A program made the translations under genes and the position numbers. The notes under the pieces were generated by a model. It saw only the letters and a list, made by a program, of their open reading frames with translations, ran no database searches and was not told where the DNA came from. Source: Aquificaceae bacterium (GTDB lineage: Bacteria > Aquificota > Aquificia > Aquificales > Aquificaceae). From it: DNA of 51,753 nucleotides. Shown one piece after another: positions 19,565 through 29,427 of this stretch (within the stretch, counting starts at the first letter, position 1; each line of letters opens with the position of its first letter). Location of the stretch: positions 1 to 51,753 of the forward strand of contig JBEPZX010000009.1 in the NCBI GenBank assembly GCA_041640635.1, written 5' to 3'.

Positions 19565-20050
19565 ATGTTAAAGGTTATAATTGTTCTCTATAGAGATATA
19601 CTCGAAGACAAGGATTTATTGAGCAAGCTAGAGGAAAATGTAAAGCTCCTGAAAACCTATATAGGACCAGATAGCTTATACGCTGTAATAACTAGTGAAA
19701 TGAAATGTCTGATAGATAGATTTCCCGATTTAGTCTTTATTAGGAATGATAATGGATCTCTTAAGTATGGCATATATAAAGCGCTTAGAAAATTAAGGGG
19801 TAATAATGTATTAGTTGTTGATGGTAAAGAACGCTTGTCTTTGGATAAAATAAAGGCATTTATATCTACGCGTGGACAAAATATGTTAGCTTTAGTTAAT
19901 GATAAATGGAAAGGGATAGGGCTTTTTAGAGTAATAGATTTAGATTACTATATACGAACATTTGAAGAGTTCCTAAATTCTAACTTAGATATACCAAGAA
20001 TCTTCCAAAAGGTAAAAGAAAGATATGGTATACAATATGAAGTTGTATAG
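19565..20050 (+). CDS. Hypothetical protein, possible degenerate GT-A/nucleotidyltransferase fold
   Basis: Fills the gap between ino1 and gcvH; KVIIVLY...NDNGSLKYGIYKAL...VLVVDG pattern. Confidence 0.6.
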   Translation: MLKVIIVLYRDILEDKDLLSKLEENVKLLKTYIGPDSLYAVITSEMKCLIDRFPDLVFIRNDNGSLKYGIYKALRKLRGNNVLVVDGKERLSLDKIKAFISTRGQNMLALVNDKWKGIGLFRVIDLDYYIRTFEEFLNSNLDIPRIFQKVKERYGIQYEVV

Positions 20051-20060
20051 GAGGTAAAAA

Positions 20061-20600
20061 ATGGATGACATTGTTGTGGGAAAGTATATCGTGAAAGCTG
20101 ACAGATACTATACAAAAGACCATGAATGGGCACTTGTAAAAGGTAATAAAGCATGGATAGGAATAACCGATTATGCACAAAAGGAGCTTGGTGATGTAGT
20201 GTATGTAGATTTACCTTCTTTAGATCAACAAATGGAAAGTGGGGACGTTTTAGCTAACATAGAATCTGTTAAAAGCGTTTCTCCAATATACTCTCCCCTT
20301 TCTGGAAGGGTTATCGAAGTTAATGAAACATTAGAAGATGAACCTCATTTGGTAAACGAGTCTCCTTATGAAGAAGGTTGGATAGCTGTACTTGAACTTG
20401 ATGATGTTATGGAAATTGAAGATCTTATGCCAGCTTCCAATTATGCAGAGCTTTTGGTGGAAATTATAAAAGAAGATAAAGGAGAGCTTGTAAACATAGA
20501 AGGTTTAGAGAAAGAAGAATTGGAAGGGATAATAAGCGAAGAAGAGTCTTTGGAAGCTCTTCCAGAGGAAGAACTTGGTTACGAGGATAAGGAAAAGTAA
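20061..20600 (+). CDS. gcvH: Glycine cleavage system H protein with acidic C-terminal tail
   Basis: YTKDHEW, GITDYAQKELGDVVYV, lipoyl Lys in ESVKS, NESPYEEGW; AGGAGG RBS. Confidence 0.93.
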   Translation: MDDIVVGKYIVKADRYYTKDHEWALVKGNKAWIGITDYAQKELGDVVYVDLPSLDQQMESGDVLANIESVKSVSPIYSPLSGRVIEVNETLEDEPHLVNESPYEEGWIAVLELDDVMEIEDLMPASNYAELLVEIIKEDKGELVNIEGLEKEELEGIISEEESLEALPEEELGYEDKEK

Positions 20601-21925
20601 TGTATATTCCCCACACTCAGCAAGAAGTAGAAGGAATACTAAGAGAGCTTGGTTATTCTTCCCTTGATGATTTGTTTTCTCATATAGATAAAGCTCTGCT
20701 AACAAAACAAGCTTTAGAGGATGAGCCTCACTCTGAGGAAGAATTAAGGAGAGTCTTTAGAGAATTCGCTCGTCTGAATAGACCTTTAACGTGCTTTGCT
20801 GGGTTTGGAAGTTACGACAGAATAATACCTTCAGTTATATGGCAAATACTAAACAGAGGTGAATTCCTAACAGCTTACACACCTTATCAAGCCGAGGCAT
20901 CCCAAGGTACGCTTCAGGCTATATTTGAATACCAGTCGGTAGTCTGTGAGCTTACTGGTATGGAAGTAGCCAATGCTAGTATGTACGACGGTGCTTCTGC
21001 ACTAGCTGAAGCCGTTCTTATGGCAAGAGCTATAAAACAAAAAGGTGACACGGTAGTTCTATCTTCCGGTGTAAATCCCCTTTATATACAGGTAGTCAAA
21101 ACATATTTGAGAGGATACCAAGATAGAGTTATAGAAGTTCCTTTAAGCCAAGATGGAACCACTAACTTGGAGGTTCTAGAAGATTACTTCAAAAACTACC
21201 AAGTGCACGCTTTTGCGGTAGCTTATCCTAATTTTTTAGGTTACGTAGAGAACCTGAAAGAAATAGGAAGCTTGTGTAAGTTGTACCATATCCCCTTTAT
21301 TGTAGTAGCTGATCCAATCGCGCTGTCCATCCTAAAACCACCTTCCGAGTTTGGTGCGGACATTGTGGTAGGTGAAGGTCAACAGCTCGGTATACCTATG
21401 AACTTTGGTGGTCCTTACGTAGGATTCTTTGCATGCAAAAAGGAATACATCAGAAAAATGCCAGGAAGAATTGTAGGATTGGCGGAAGATATAGAAGGCA
21501 AAAGAGCTTTTACGCTCATTTTACAAACAAGAGAGCAGCATATAAGAAGGGAAAGAGCCACATCTAACATATGCACCAACCAAAACCTTATGGCAATAGC
21601 CAATCTCATTTATGTTTCCCTCTTGGGAAGCCAAGGCTTAAGAGAAGTTGCACTGCAAAGTCTTTCTAAAGCTATTTACTTAAAGAAAGGGCTTTTGGAT
21701 TTGGGTTTTGAAGAGATATACCAAGGAAAGCATCTTTGGGAGTTTCCACTAAAGCATCCAAAAGTGAAACAGTTTCACGAAAAACTCGCAGATGAAGGAT
21801 TTCTATTTGGTGTTCTCCTTGAGAAGTTTGGATACAAAGACACAGTACTTTTAGCCGTAACAGAAAAAAGGACCAAAGAAGAAATGGATCAATTGATAGA
21901 TAGTATCAAAAGATGGTTGACTTAA
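20600..21925 (+). CDS. gcvPA: Glycine dehydrogenase P-protein subunit 1
   Basis: YIPHT, TAYTPYQAEASQG, NASMYDGA and TREQHIRRERATSNICTNQ motifs. Confidence 0.95.
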   Translation: MYIPHTQQEVEGILRELGYSSLDDLFSHIDKALLTKQALEDEPHSEEELRRVFREFARLNRPLTCFAGFGSYDRIIPSVIWQILNRGEFLTAYTPYQAEASQGTLQAIFEYQSVVCELTGMEVANASMYDGASALAEAVLMARAIKQKGDTVVLSSGVNPLYIQVVKTYLRGYQDRVIEVPLSQDGTTNLEVLEDYFKNYQVHAFAVAYPNFLGYVENLKEIGSLCKLYHIPFIVVADPIALSILKPPSEFGADIVVGEGQQLGIPMNFGGPYVGFFACKKEYIRKMPGRIVGLAEDIEGKRAFTLILQTREQHIRRERATSNICTNQNLMAIANLIYVSLLGSQGLREVALQSLSKAIYLKKGLLDLGFEEIYQGKHLWEFPLKHPKVKQFHEKLADEGFLFGVLLEKFGYKDTVLLAVTEKRTKEEMDQLIDSIKRWLT

Positions 21926-22848
21926 GTGTAGAGCTTTTTGGAGTGAAGTTTAAAAATCCCGTTTGGGTAGCATCCGGTACTTTTGGATACGGCGTAGAGG
22001 CTTTGGAACTTTACCATATATCCAAGTTGGGAGCTGTAGTTACAAAAGGTATATCCCTAAAGCCTAGAGAAGGTAATCCACCCCAAAGAATAGCCGAAAC
22101 ACCATGCGGAATGCTAAATTCTATAGGTCTGCAAAACCCAGGAGTTGAAAAGTTCCTAGAGGAAATATATCCAAAGATAGAGAAGATAGGCACCAACTTT
22201 ATCGTTAATGTTTTTGGGGAGACGGAAGAAGAGTACATAGAAGTTTGCTTAGCTTTGGAAAGCTACGAAAAAATTTGTGCTTACGAGCTTAACGTATCTT
22301 GCCCAAACGTGAAAAAAGGAGGAATAGCTTTTGGGCATGATTTGGATGTACTGGGGAAGCTTGTAAACAAGATAAAAGCAAAGATTAAAAAACCTCTACT
22401 TGTTAAGCTTTCACCAAACACGGGGGATATAACCAAGTTTGCCGGGGTTTGCATTGACAACGGTGCCAATGGGCTCGTGCTTATAAATACCATAATGGGT
22501 ATGAAGATAAACATATGGGAAGAAAAGCCAGAGCTATTTACAAAAACAGGTGGCCTCTCTGGTCCAGCAATTCTCCCAATAGCTGTGAGAATGGTTTGGG
22601 AAGTGTATGAGAAGTTTGGTTCTAACGTGCCTATAATAGGCGTTGGTGGAATATACGACACCAATTCCGCTTTGGAGCATATTTTGGCTGGAGCTTGTGC
22701 CATTCAGGTAGGAACAGCTAACTTTTTTGAACCATATGTACCTCTAAAGATTATTGAAGGTATAGAAAACTATATGAAACAAAAAAACATAGAGAAATTT
22801 AAAGATTTGATAGGTAGAGCTCACAAAACCCAGCTAAAGGTCATATGA
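21913..22848 (+). CDS. pyrD: Dihydroorotate dehydrogenase, class 1 catalytic subunit
   Basis: ASGTFG, NSIGLQNPG, ELNVSCPN, VKLSPN, GGLSG and GVGGI motifs. Confidence 0.95.
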   Translation: MVDLSVELFGVKFKNPVWVASGTFGYGVEALELYHISKLGAVVTKGISLKPREGNPPQRIAETPCGMLNSIGLQNPGVEKFLEEIYPKIEKIGTNFIVNVFGETEEEYIEVCLALESYEKICAYELNVSCPNVKKGGIAFGHDLDVLGKLVNKIKAKIKKPLLVKLSPNTGDITKFAGVCIDNGANGLVLINTIMGMKINIWEEKPELFTKTGGLSGPAILPIAVRMVWEVYEKFGSNVPIIGVGGIYDTNSALEHILAGACAIQVGTANFFEPYVPLKIIEGIENYMKQKNIEKFKDLIGRAHKTQLKVI

Positions 22849-25288
22849 GAGTATCCATAATTCTTTTCTTTTCTTCCTCTATAGCAATTCCAAGTTCTTT
22901 TCCCTTTAGGTGTTTAAACTTTTCTAAATCTACCTTTACGTATCTTAGCCTTTCCAAATAAAGCTTAACCTTGTCTATGATTTCATCGTAAGTCATAAGG
23001 ATCAAAAGTATTGCCAAAGGTTTACCTTTGAGTATTTGGTAAATTTCAGAGTTTTTTTGGCTTTTTTTAAGTTCACTTTTTACTTTATGCAAATTGTCTT
23101 TTATCAGTCTATAAGCGTCTTTTGACCAAGCAGGAGCGCTCATATCCGAAAGTATATGCTCTCCATGCTCACTTTTTAGTAATATAACTACCAAATATAA
23201 CCATCCATAATCAATAACTTCCTTGGGAAAAGCTATTTTATGCCAATTTATTAATTGCTTTAGTCTTAGAAGTCTCTCTTGTGTGTCGTTGCTCCATAGG
23301 AAGTCTGGAATTATTTCTTCAAGCACATGATATTTTCTGTATAATTCCAATATCTCCAAAACTTTCTCTTCCATAAAAGCTAGTTTGAGTTCATTTAGTA
23401 TTCTTCCTTTTGGCGCATTTTTTATGAAAGGTATGGCTTGCTTTAGCAGTTTTTCAGTTCCTTTGGATAGTTTAAATCCTAATTTTCCTGCAAACCTTAA
23501 AGCTCTTAGTATTCTTACTGGGTCTTCTACAAAACTTAGTGGATGAAGGACTCTTATAAGTCTGTCTTTTAGATCTCTATATCCACCAAAGTAATCGATG
23601 AGCATTCCAAAATCTTCTTCGTTTACAGAGATAGCCATGGCATTTATGGTAAAGTCTCGTCTTATTACATCTTCTTTAAGACTCGCATACTCTACCGATG
23701 GATAGGCGCCAGGATGGGGATATGTTTCTCTTCTTGTAGTTGCAAACTCTATTTTCATATTTCCTATTTTTAAATGCGCTGTAGAAAATTCTTTGAAAGG
23801 ATGTAAACTAACACTGTGCTTTTGAGAAAGCTTTTGTGCTACTTCTATTGCGTTTCCTTCTATTACAAAGTCTAAATCGTATATGTTTCTACCTAAAAGT
23901 ATATCTCTTACTACACCACCTATTATGTAAGCTTTGTATCCGAGCTCTCTGGCTATTTGTCCTACTTCTTTAGCTATCGGAAGTATGCTGCTAGGTATTT
24001 TTACTTTTCTCTCATGCTTTAGAAGTTGAACATGTTGACCTCTTATAGTTTGAATAATGTCCATGCGTGTTACCACACCTATAGGTAGTTCCTGTGCATT
24101 CACAACAGGAATAAGTTTCTCACCAAATTTAGAGAGGATTTCTTCCGCTTTCCAAATAAGGTCATTTTCTCTTAAAACATGAAACTCTGTTATTATGAAT
24201 TTTTCTATCGGTTCTCCTAAGAATTTCTTAGGGACTTTTAACAAGTTTTTCTTATAAACTATACCTACTACTTTACCTTGGTCATCTATAACGGGACAGC
24301 CTGCAAAATTTCTCTGTGAAAGCTCATTTATAGCATGCTCTACACTGATATCCTTATGTAATACAAAAGGCGGGCTTGTCATTATTTGCTTTACATAAAG
24401 CTTTACCTTTTCTCCTTTTAGGAGAGCAACCAATACAGATCTAAGCCTTTCTACCGATACACCTTCCAGCTTTATAGCACTTGCAAACTCGTGTCCACCA
24501 CCACCTAAAATCTCCAATACCTTAGATACATCAAAAACACCTTTTAAACTTCTTCCAAAGAGATAGGTTTTAAGTCCAGCATTGACTATTACAAAAAAGG
24601 CATCAGAATCTTTGAGTTCCTTTAATTCATAGACAAGCTGTAAAACACTAGGTTCATATTCTTCAGCACGTATAACTACTATAGTTACTATCTTTCCATC
24701 TATAAAAAGAGTTTCTATAGATAGTAGATGCTTAGCTAAAAATTCTATACCTTCTTTGCTAAAGGTCTCATGTAGTATCTGCCTTATTAATCTCAAGCTT
24801 GCTCCTTTTTCCAGCAACCACTTAAGTGCTTCAAGATCTCTAGGTGTAGTACCTTCATAGGTCAAAAATCCAGTATCCTCATATATTCCTAAGGCTAACA
24901 ATGTGGCTGATTCACTATCTATGTCTTTATTTTGTTTAATTAGTTCTTCAACAACCAAAGTTGTAGCACTTCCTACTTTATCTATAATTCCCTTGAAACC
25001 TTCTATTGGTTTAGGATGGTGATCGTATACGTATACTTCTTTTATTCTTTCGTTATATAGCTTTTTATAATCTTCTAAATTGTGATGGTCTGTTAGAATG
25101 ATGTCAAATTTGTCTGGTAACTCCTCTATTACACGAAATTTATTTTTGAAGATTTTAAAAACTTCACTTGCCTTTCTAGAAAGGTAGTTAGGTTTAAAAA
25201 GATAGGCATCTTTAAATAAGAGCATCGTCCCGTATGCAGAAGATAGAGCGTCAAGGTCAGAACCTTCCTCTAAAAAAATTACCTTCAT
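22841..25288 (-). CDS. DHH/DHHA1-CBS-tRNA nucleotidyltransferase fusion (A-adding type)
   Basis: DLD, DHH and GGGGH (DHHA1) motifs; CBS pair; GGVVRD..DLD, RRDFTINAM and EDPVRILRA. Start set at MKVIF. Confidence 0.88.
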   Translation of the reverse strand: MKVIFLEEGSDLDALSSAYGTMLLFKDAYLFKPNYLSRKASEVFKIFKNKFRVIEELPDKFDIILTDHHNLEDYKKLYNERIKEVYVYDHHPKPIEGFKGIIDKVGSATTLVVEELIKQNKDIDSESATLLALGIYEDTGFLTYEGTTPRDLEALKWLLEKGASLRLIRQILHETFSKEGIEFLAKHLLSIETLFIDGKIVTIVVIRAEEYEPSVLQLVYELKELKDSDAFFVIVNAGLKTYLFGRSLKGVFDVSKVLEILGGGGHEFASAIKLEGVSVERLRSVLVALLKGEKVKLYVKQIMTSPPFVLHKDISVEHAINELSQRNFAGCPVIDDQGKVVGIVYKKNLLKVPKKFLGEPIEKFIITEFHVLRENDLIWKAEEILSKFGEKLIPVVNAQELPIGVVTRMDIIQTIRGQHVQLLKHERKVKIPSSILPIAKEVGQIARELGYKAYIIGGVVRDILLGRNIYDLDFVIEGNAIEVAQKLSQKHSVSLHPFKEFSTAHLKIGNMKIEFATTRRETYPHPGAYPSVEYASLKEDVIRRDFTINAMAISVNEEDFGMLIDYFGGYRDLKDRLIRVLHPLSFVEDPVRILRALRFAGKLGFKLSKGTEKLLKQAIPFIKNAPKGRILNELKLAFMEEKVLEILELYRKYHVLEEIIPDFLWSNDTQERLLRLKQLINWHKIAFPKEVIDYGWLYLVVILLKSEHGEHILSDMSAPAWSKDAYRLIKDNLHKVKSELKKSQKNSEIYQILKGKPLAILLILMTYDEIIDKVKLYLERLRYVKVDLEKFKHLKGKELGIAIEEEKKRIMDTLI

Positions 25289-25301
25289 ATTAATATTAAA
25301 A

Positions 25302-25958
25302 ATGATGAGACAATGGTTTTTGTTTGTTTTTTTTATAAGTGGATGTTCTGTAACTGTTAGAGAGATTTCAGACAACAGGCAATCCCATTACCTGAGTGTA
25401 AACTGTGAAAGTCCCATTTACACCACTTTACGTTACTGTCGCAGCGATAGAGCTTATTCAAGTCTGGTTCAGTCGGGAAGCAAAGTAAAGATAACAAACC
25501 TTGAAACGGGCAAAAGTATTACTATAGCGGTGTATAGAGACGATAATATTGCTGGGATATGCGTTCCTGAAAAATACTTAAACTTTCTTGGGAATGCTCC
25601 AGCAAAATCAAAGCTGGAAGTTCTAAGATGTGGAATAGACGATATAACCACATGTCCTTCATATATAAGAGGCTACGCTAGCTGGTATGGTGAGCCATAC
25701 CATGGCAGATACTCCTCTTACGGTCAAGTATACGATATGCATGGCTTATATGCAGCAAGCAGAGATCTACCTTTGGGAACACTGCTAAGGGTTAGAAACC
25801 TAAGGAACGGAAAAGAAGTGGAGGTAAAGGTGATAGACAGAGGACCCTTAAAGCCAGAGAGGATTTTGGACCTGTCCTACAAAGCAGCACAACACTTAGA
25901 TATGATAAAAGAGGGCGTTGTAGAAGTAGAAGCCAGAGTTTTAAAGTGTGGTGATTAA
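25302..25958 (+). CDS. rlpA: RlpA-family lytic transglycosylase lipoprotein
   Basis: Lipobox ISGC; GYASWYG, LPLGT, VIDRGP and LDLS motifs. Confidence 0.85.
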   Translation: MMRQWFLFVFFISGCSVTVREISDNRQSHYLSVNCESPIYTTLRYCRSDRAYSSLVQSGSKVKITNLETGKSITIAVYRDDNIAGICVPEKYLNFLGNAPAKSKLEVLRCGIDDITTCPSYIRGYASWYGEPYHGRYSSYGQVYDMHGLYAASRDLPLGTLLRVRNLRNGKEVEVKVIDRGPLKPERILDLSYKAAQHLDMIKEGVVEVEARVLKCGD

Positions 25959-25979
25959 AAAAGCCCCCTAAAGGAGGGC
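25957..25979 (-). terminator. Rho-independent terminator for the TonB receptor gene
   Basis: Minus strand reads GCCCTC-CTTTA-GGGGGC-TTTTTT just after the stop at 25991. Confidence 0.7.
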
Positions 25980-25990
25980 AGCAAAAAAGA

Positions 25991-28018
25991 TTAGAAGCTG
26001 TAGCTAGCACTTACATAAACCTGTCTTCCAGGCTCTGGAACTCTTACACCAGCTCCAAAGGGATTTCTTACGTAAGAGTTGTGCAGATAGTATTTCTTGT
26101 CAAAGACATTATCCACTCCAGCTACTAAGGTTATCCCTTTATAGTTAACACCCGCTTTTATGTTTACTACACCATAGCCCGAGGTTTTCCTTTCGTCTAA
26201 ATCCCTGTCTACTTTGTTTTGTGTAGCTGTAGCTATGACTTCTGGTTCTACAAACCAACTACCTGTGTCGTATCTGACAGCTACTCTTGCAGTGAGAGGT
26301 AGCACTTCCGCTACATCCTTGTCCGTTATGTTTCTGTTTGTATCGGTATCCTTTCTACCATTTACGTAGGATACTCCGCTAGAGAGAAAGAGATTTGGAT
26401 AGAGATTATACATGGAAGAGAGTTCAAAACCAAAGAATCTGGCGTCTATGTTTGTGTAAGAACGTGCATTTGGCAAAACATTTGTTATTCTATATACGTA
26501 AATATAATCATCCACAAAAGAGTAAAACACCGTAGCCTTTGCGTAACCTTTTGGAGCTTGGTATTTTAGACCAAAATCTATCTCCATGTTCTTGGCAGGG
26601 TCCAACTTGGGATTACCTACCCAAGCTGGCATCATACCTGCTCCAGGTAAAGCGATATACCTCTCCTGTTGATTTGGAACTCTTACACTATACCCAGCCC
26701 CCGCAAAGAGTTCCAAACCTTCCGACAAGGAATAAAAGAGTTGAACATTTCCAGATGGGAACGTGTCCCTTTTGGATGTTTTAGTTGTTCCGTGATATTG
26801 GTTATATAAACCTGTGTTAGCCTTAGATTTATCCGCTTCCGACTTAACGGTATCTATCCTCAAACCAGCCTTTAGTTTGAGATTTTGCATAATGTTGGTT
26901 TCGTACTCTCCAAAGACACCAAAGCCAGTAATGTCTACATCGGGAATCATATTGGATGTTACATATTGGTTCATCATTTGGTTAAATCTTTCATTTACAG
27001 CATCCCAGTTGCTCACATATGCATTAAGTCCTACCGTAAAGCCCATAATCTTTGCGTCCAAGTTAATTCCATAGTTTTTAGTTTCTGCATCGGTAGCCAT
27101 GGAGTATCTTCTCGTTAGCATTGGATTTGACGATGTCTGCCTATACCTGTCATCCATCCAGTGTTCCACTTTTGAGTAGTAAATGTTAAGGTTAAACAGG
27201 TCCTTTACTTTGTATTTAAAGTTTAGTCTATCTGCCTTGTCTTCTATACCATCCATGAGCAAAGCGGGATACAGGACTTTGTCCATTTCCTGCCTTGTGT
27301 AGGCGATTTCTGCCGTATGGTTATCCATGGGAGAAAATCCAAACCTCACCCATCCAGTTTTTATCTCAAAGGCTTTCCTGTTTCTCTCTTCTGGTCTGTA
27401 TCTGTTTGGACTATTTTCTGGATAAACTTCTGTTATCTTCTTTCCCTTTCCGTCTTCGTAAGGTTTGGAGCTTCTGTAGGATGCGCCAGCCAAACCAAAG
27501 AACTTAGGATCGGCGTAAGAAATTACAAAGGAAGGGTTGTAATACTCAAAAGAACCAGCGGTTAGGTTTAAATCCAGATGAAAGCCAGGTTTTGGTCTTT
27601 TTAGCTCAACAAACACCGCACCACCTAATATGTTTGGATACTTAACTACAAAAGGACCTTTTACCACATCTATCTTCTCCACTTCAGAGAAATCCACGTG
27701 AGCTTCCGCAGGGTCCATCCTATTGGGACAGGCTCCGTGAATGTCCAAGTCGTCTATTTGCACCTTTATATTGTCAGCTCTAAAACTCCTTAGAATGATT
27801 TCGTTGGCAATTCCGCCTTTTCTGAAGATGTGCACTCCATCTAGCTTCTGAAGTGCCTCACCAATATCTTTTGCTGAGCTTTCTCTTACTTCCCTTACCT
27901 CTAAACTATCCCTTGTAGTTTCCTTTTTTCCTTTTACCTCTACTTCTTTTAAAAGTATCTCTTGCGCGAAGGAAAGAGACATCAGAGCTGTGGACAATAC
28001 GAAGACTTTTCTTATCAT
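25991..28018 (-). CDS. TonB-dependent receptor, OprC-like copper transporter
   Basis: Signal peptide and TonB box (KEVEVKG); CxxxM (GACPNRMDP) and HxM (EHWMD) motifs; Met-rich loops; C-terminal EPGR...YSF; AAGGAGG RBS. Confidence 0.85.
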   Translation of the reverse strand: MIRKVFVLSTALMSLSFAQEILLKEVEVKGKKETTRDSLEVREVRESSAKDIGEALQKLDGVHIFRKGGIANEIILRSFRADNIKVQIDDLDIHGACPNRMDPAEAHVDFSEVEKIDVVKGPFVVKYPNILGGAVFVELKRPKPGFHLDLNLTAGSFEYYNPSFVISYADPKFFGLAGASYRSSKPYEDGKGKKITEVYPENSPNRYRPEERNRKAFEIKTGWVRFGFSPMDNHTAEIAYTRQEMDKVLYPALLMDGIEDKADRLNFKYKVKDLFNLNIYYSKVEHWMDDRYRQTSSNPMLTRRYSMATDAETKNYGINLDAKIMGFTVGLNAYVSNWDAVNERFNQMMNQYVTSNMIPDVDITGFGVFGEYETNIMQNLKLKAGLRIDTVKSEADKSKANTGLYNQYHGTTKTSKRDTFPSGNVQLFYSLSEGLELFAGAGYSVRVPNQQERYIALPGAGMMPAWVGNPKLDPAKNMEIDFGLKYQAPKGYAKATVFYSFVDDYIYVYRITNVLPNARSYTNIDARFFGFELSSMYNLYPNLFLSSGVSYVNGRKDTDTNRNITDKDVAEVLPLTARVAVRYDTGSWFVEPEVIATATQNKVDRDLDERKTSGYGVVNIKAGVNYKGITLVAGVDNVFDKKYYLHNSYVRNPFGAGVRVPEPGRQVYVSASYSF

Positions 28019-28458
28019 CTTGACCTCCTTAAAGTGAATTTAACGTTATATTATTGTAATAACAACTATGATTTTTTTCAAGAATTAACAAAAAGGATGA
28101 GAGTGTAACTTTTAAAAACCCTTATCTACATTCTGATAGGTAGTTCATACTCTGAAAAGTTAAGTACTTCAAAGTAAACCATTATTCCCTCCTCCATAAA
28201 GGCAATCTTAAACTTTCATAAAATTTGACTCACTTATTCAAAAAGCGTTGATCCCTTCTCTAGTGTTTGTTCTTTATTTTTCTGGAATCAATATGCTCTG
28301 AGAAAATCGGAAAACATCGAAGACCTAGATTTGACCTCATCTAATCTTTGTTTAGAAATTCACCTTATTGACAAAAAATCATCAAACCAGCGATAGTTTT
28401 ATTTTGGATTAAGGAAAAAATGCGATTCTTTACGTAAGGTTATAAAATATATGTCATC

Positions 28459-29427
28459 ATGAGAGTTCTTATAACAGGAGCTGCGGGTTTTATTGGATCC
28501 CATCTGTGTGAAAGGTTTCTAAAGGAAGGTCATCAGGTGATAGGTATGGATAACTTCATAACGGGTTCTCCCGACAATATCGCTCACCTCTTTGGTCACC
28601 AAAATTTTAAATTCATCCATTACAACGTAATAAATTACATATACATAGAAGGTCCCTTAGATTTGATACTACACTTTGCCTGTCCAGCTTCCCCCGTGGA
28701 TTACCTAAACCATCCCATTCACACCATGAAGGTGGACTCCATGGGAACTTTAAACACCTTGGGACTTGCAAAGTTAAAGAAAGCCAGGTATGTATTCGCC
28801 TCTACATCGGAAGTTTATGGCTCTCCAACGGTTCATCCTCAACCGGAAACATATTGGGGATATGTAAACCCTATAGGACCAAGGAGTGTATACGATGAAG
28901 CGAAGAGATTTTCCGAAGCTCTATGTATGGCATACCACAGAGAACACGGCTTGGATGTTAGAATACTAAGAATATTTAACACTTACGGTCCAAGGATGAG
29001 ATTAAATGATGGGAGAGTTGTACCTAATTTTATAGTACAGGCTTTAAGCAATAGAGATTTAACAATTTATGGTGATGGTTTGCAAACTAGAAGCTTCTGT
29101 TACGTAGATGACCTAGTAGAAGGCATATATAGAGCCTCTATTTTGGATGGTATTTCTGGAGAAGTTATAAACCTTGGGAATCCTGAAGAATTTACTATAT
29201 TAGAATTAGCTAAATTAGTTTTGTCTATAACCAAATCTGATGCAAAAATAACTTTTTTACCACCACGCGAAGATGATCCACCTTTGAGATGTCCAGATAT
29301 AAGTAAGGCAAGAAAATTGCTTAATTGGCAACCAAATATAAAACTGGAAGAAGGTTTAAGGTATACTATAGATCACTACAAGGCAACTAAAAAGGGAGTA
29401 CAAATAAATGGATCCATTAATATTTAA
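28459..29427 (+). CDS. UDP-glucuronate decarboxylase-like extended SDR
   Basis: [48 protein letters not shown] and DDP motifs. Confidence 0.88.
   Translation: MRVLITGAAGFIGSHLCERFLKEGHQVIGMDNFITGSPDNIAHLFGHQNFKFIHYNVINYIYIEGPLDLILHFACPASPVDYLNHPIHTMKVDSMGTLNTLGLAKLKKARYVFASTSEVYGSPTVHPQPETYWGYVNPIGPRSVYDEAKRFSEALCMAYHREHGLDVRILRIFNTYGPRMRLNDGRVVPNFIVQALSNRDLTIYGDGLQTRSFCYVDDLVEGIYRASILDGISGEVINLGNPEEFTILELAKLVLSITKSDAKITFLPPREDDPPLRCPDISKARKLLNWQPNIKLEEGLRYTIDHYKATKKGVQINGSINI

Noticed and set aside
28459..29427. SDR as the PelX UDP-GlcNAc 4-epimerase
   Set aside because: Its motifs (ACPASP, YDEAKR) fit UDP-glucuronate decarboxylase, and it is on the opposite strand ~4 kb from the cluster.
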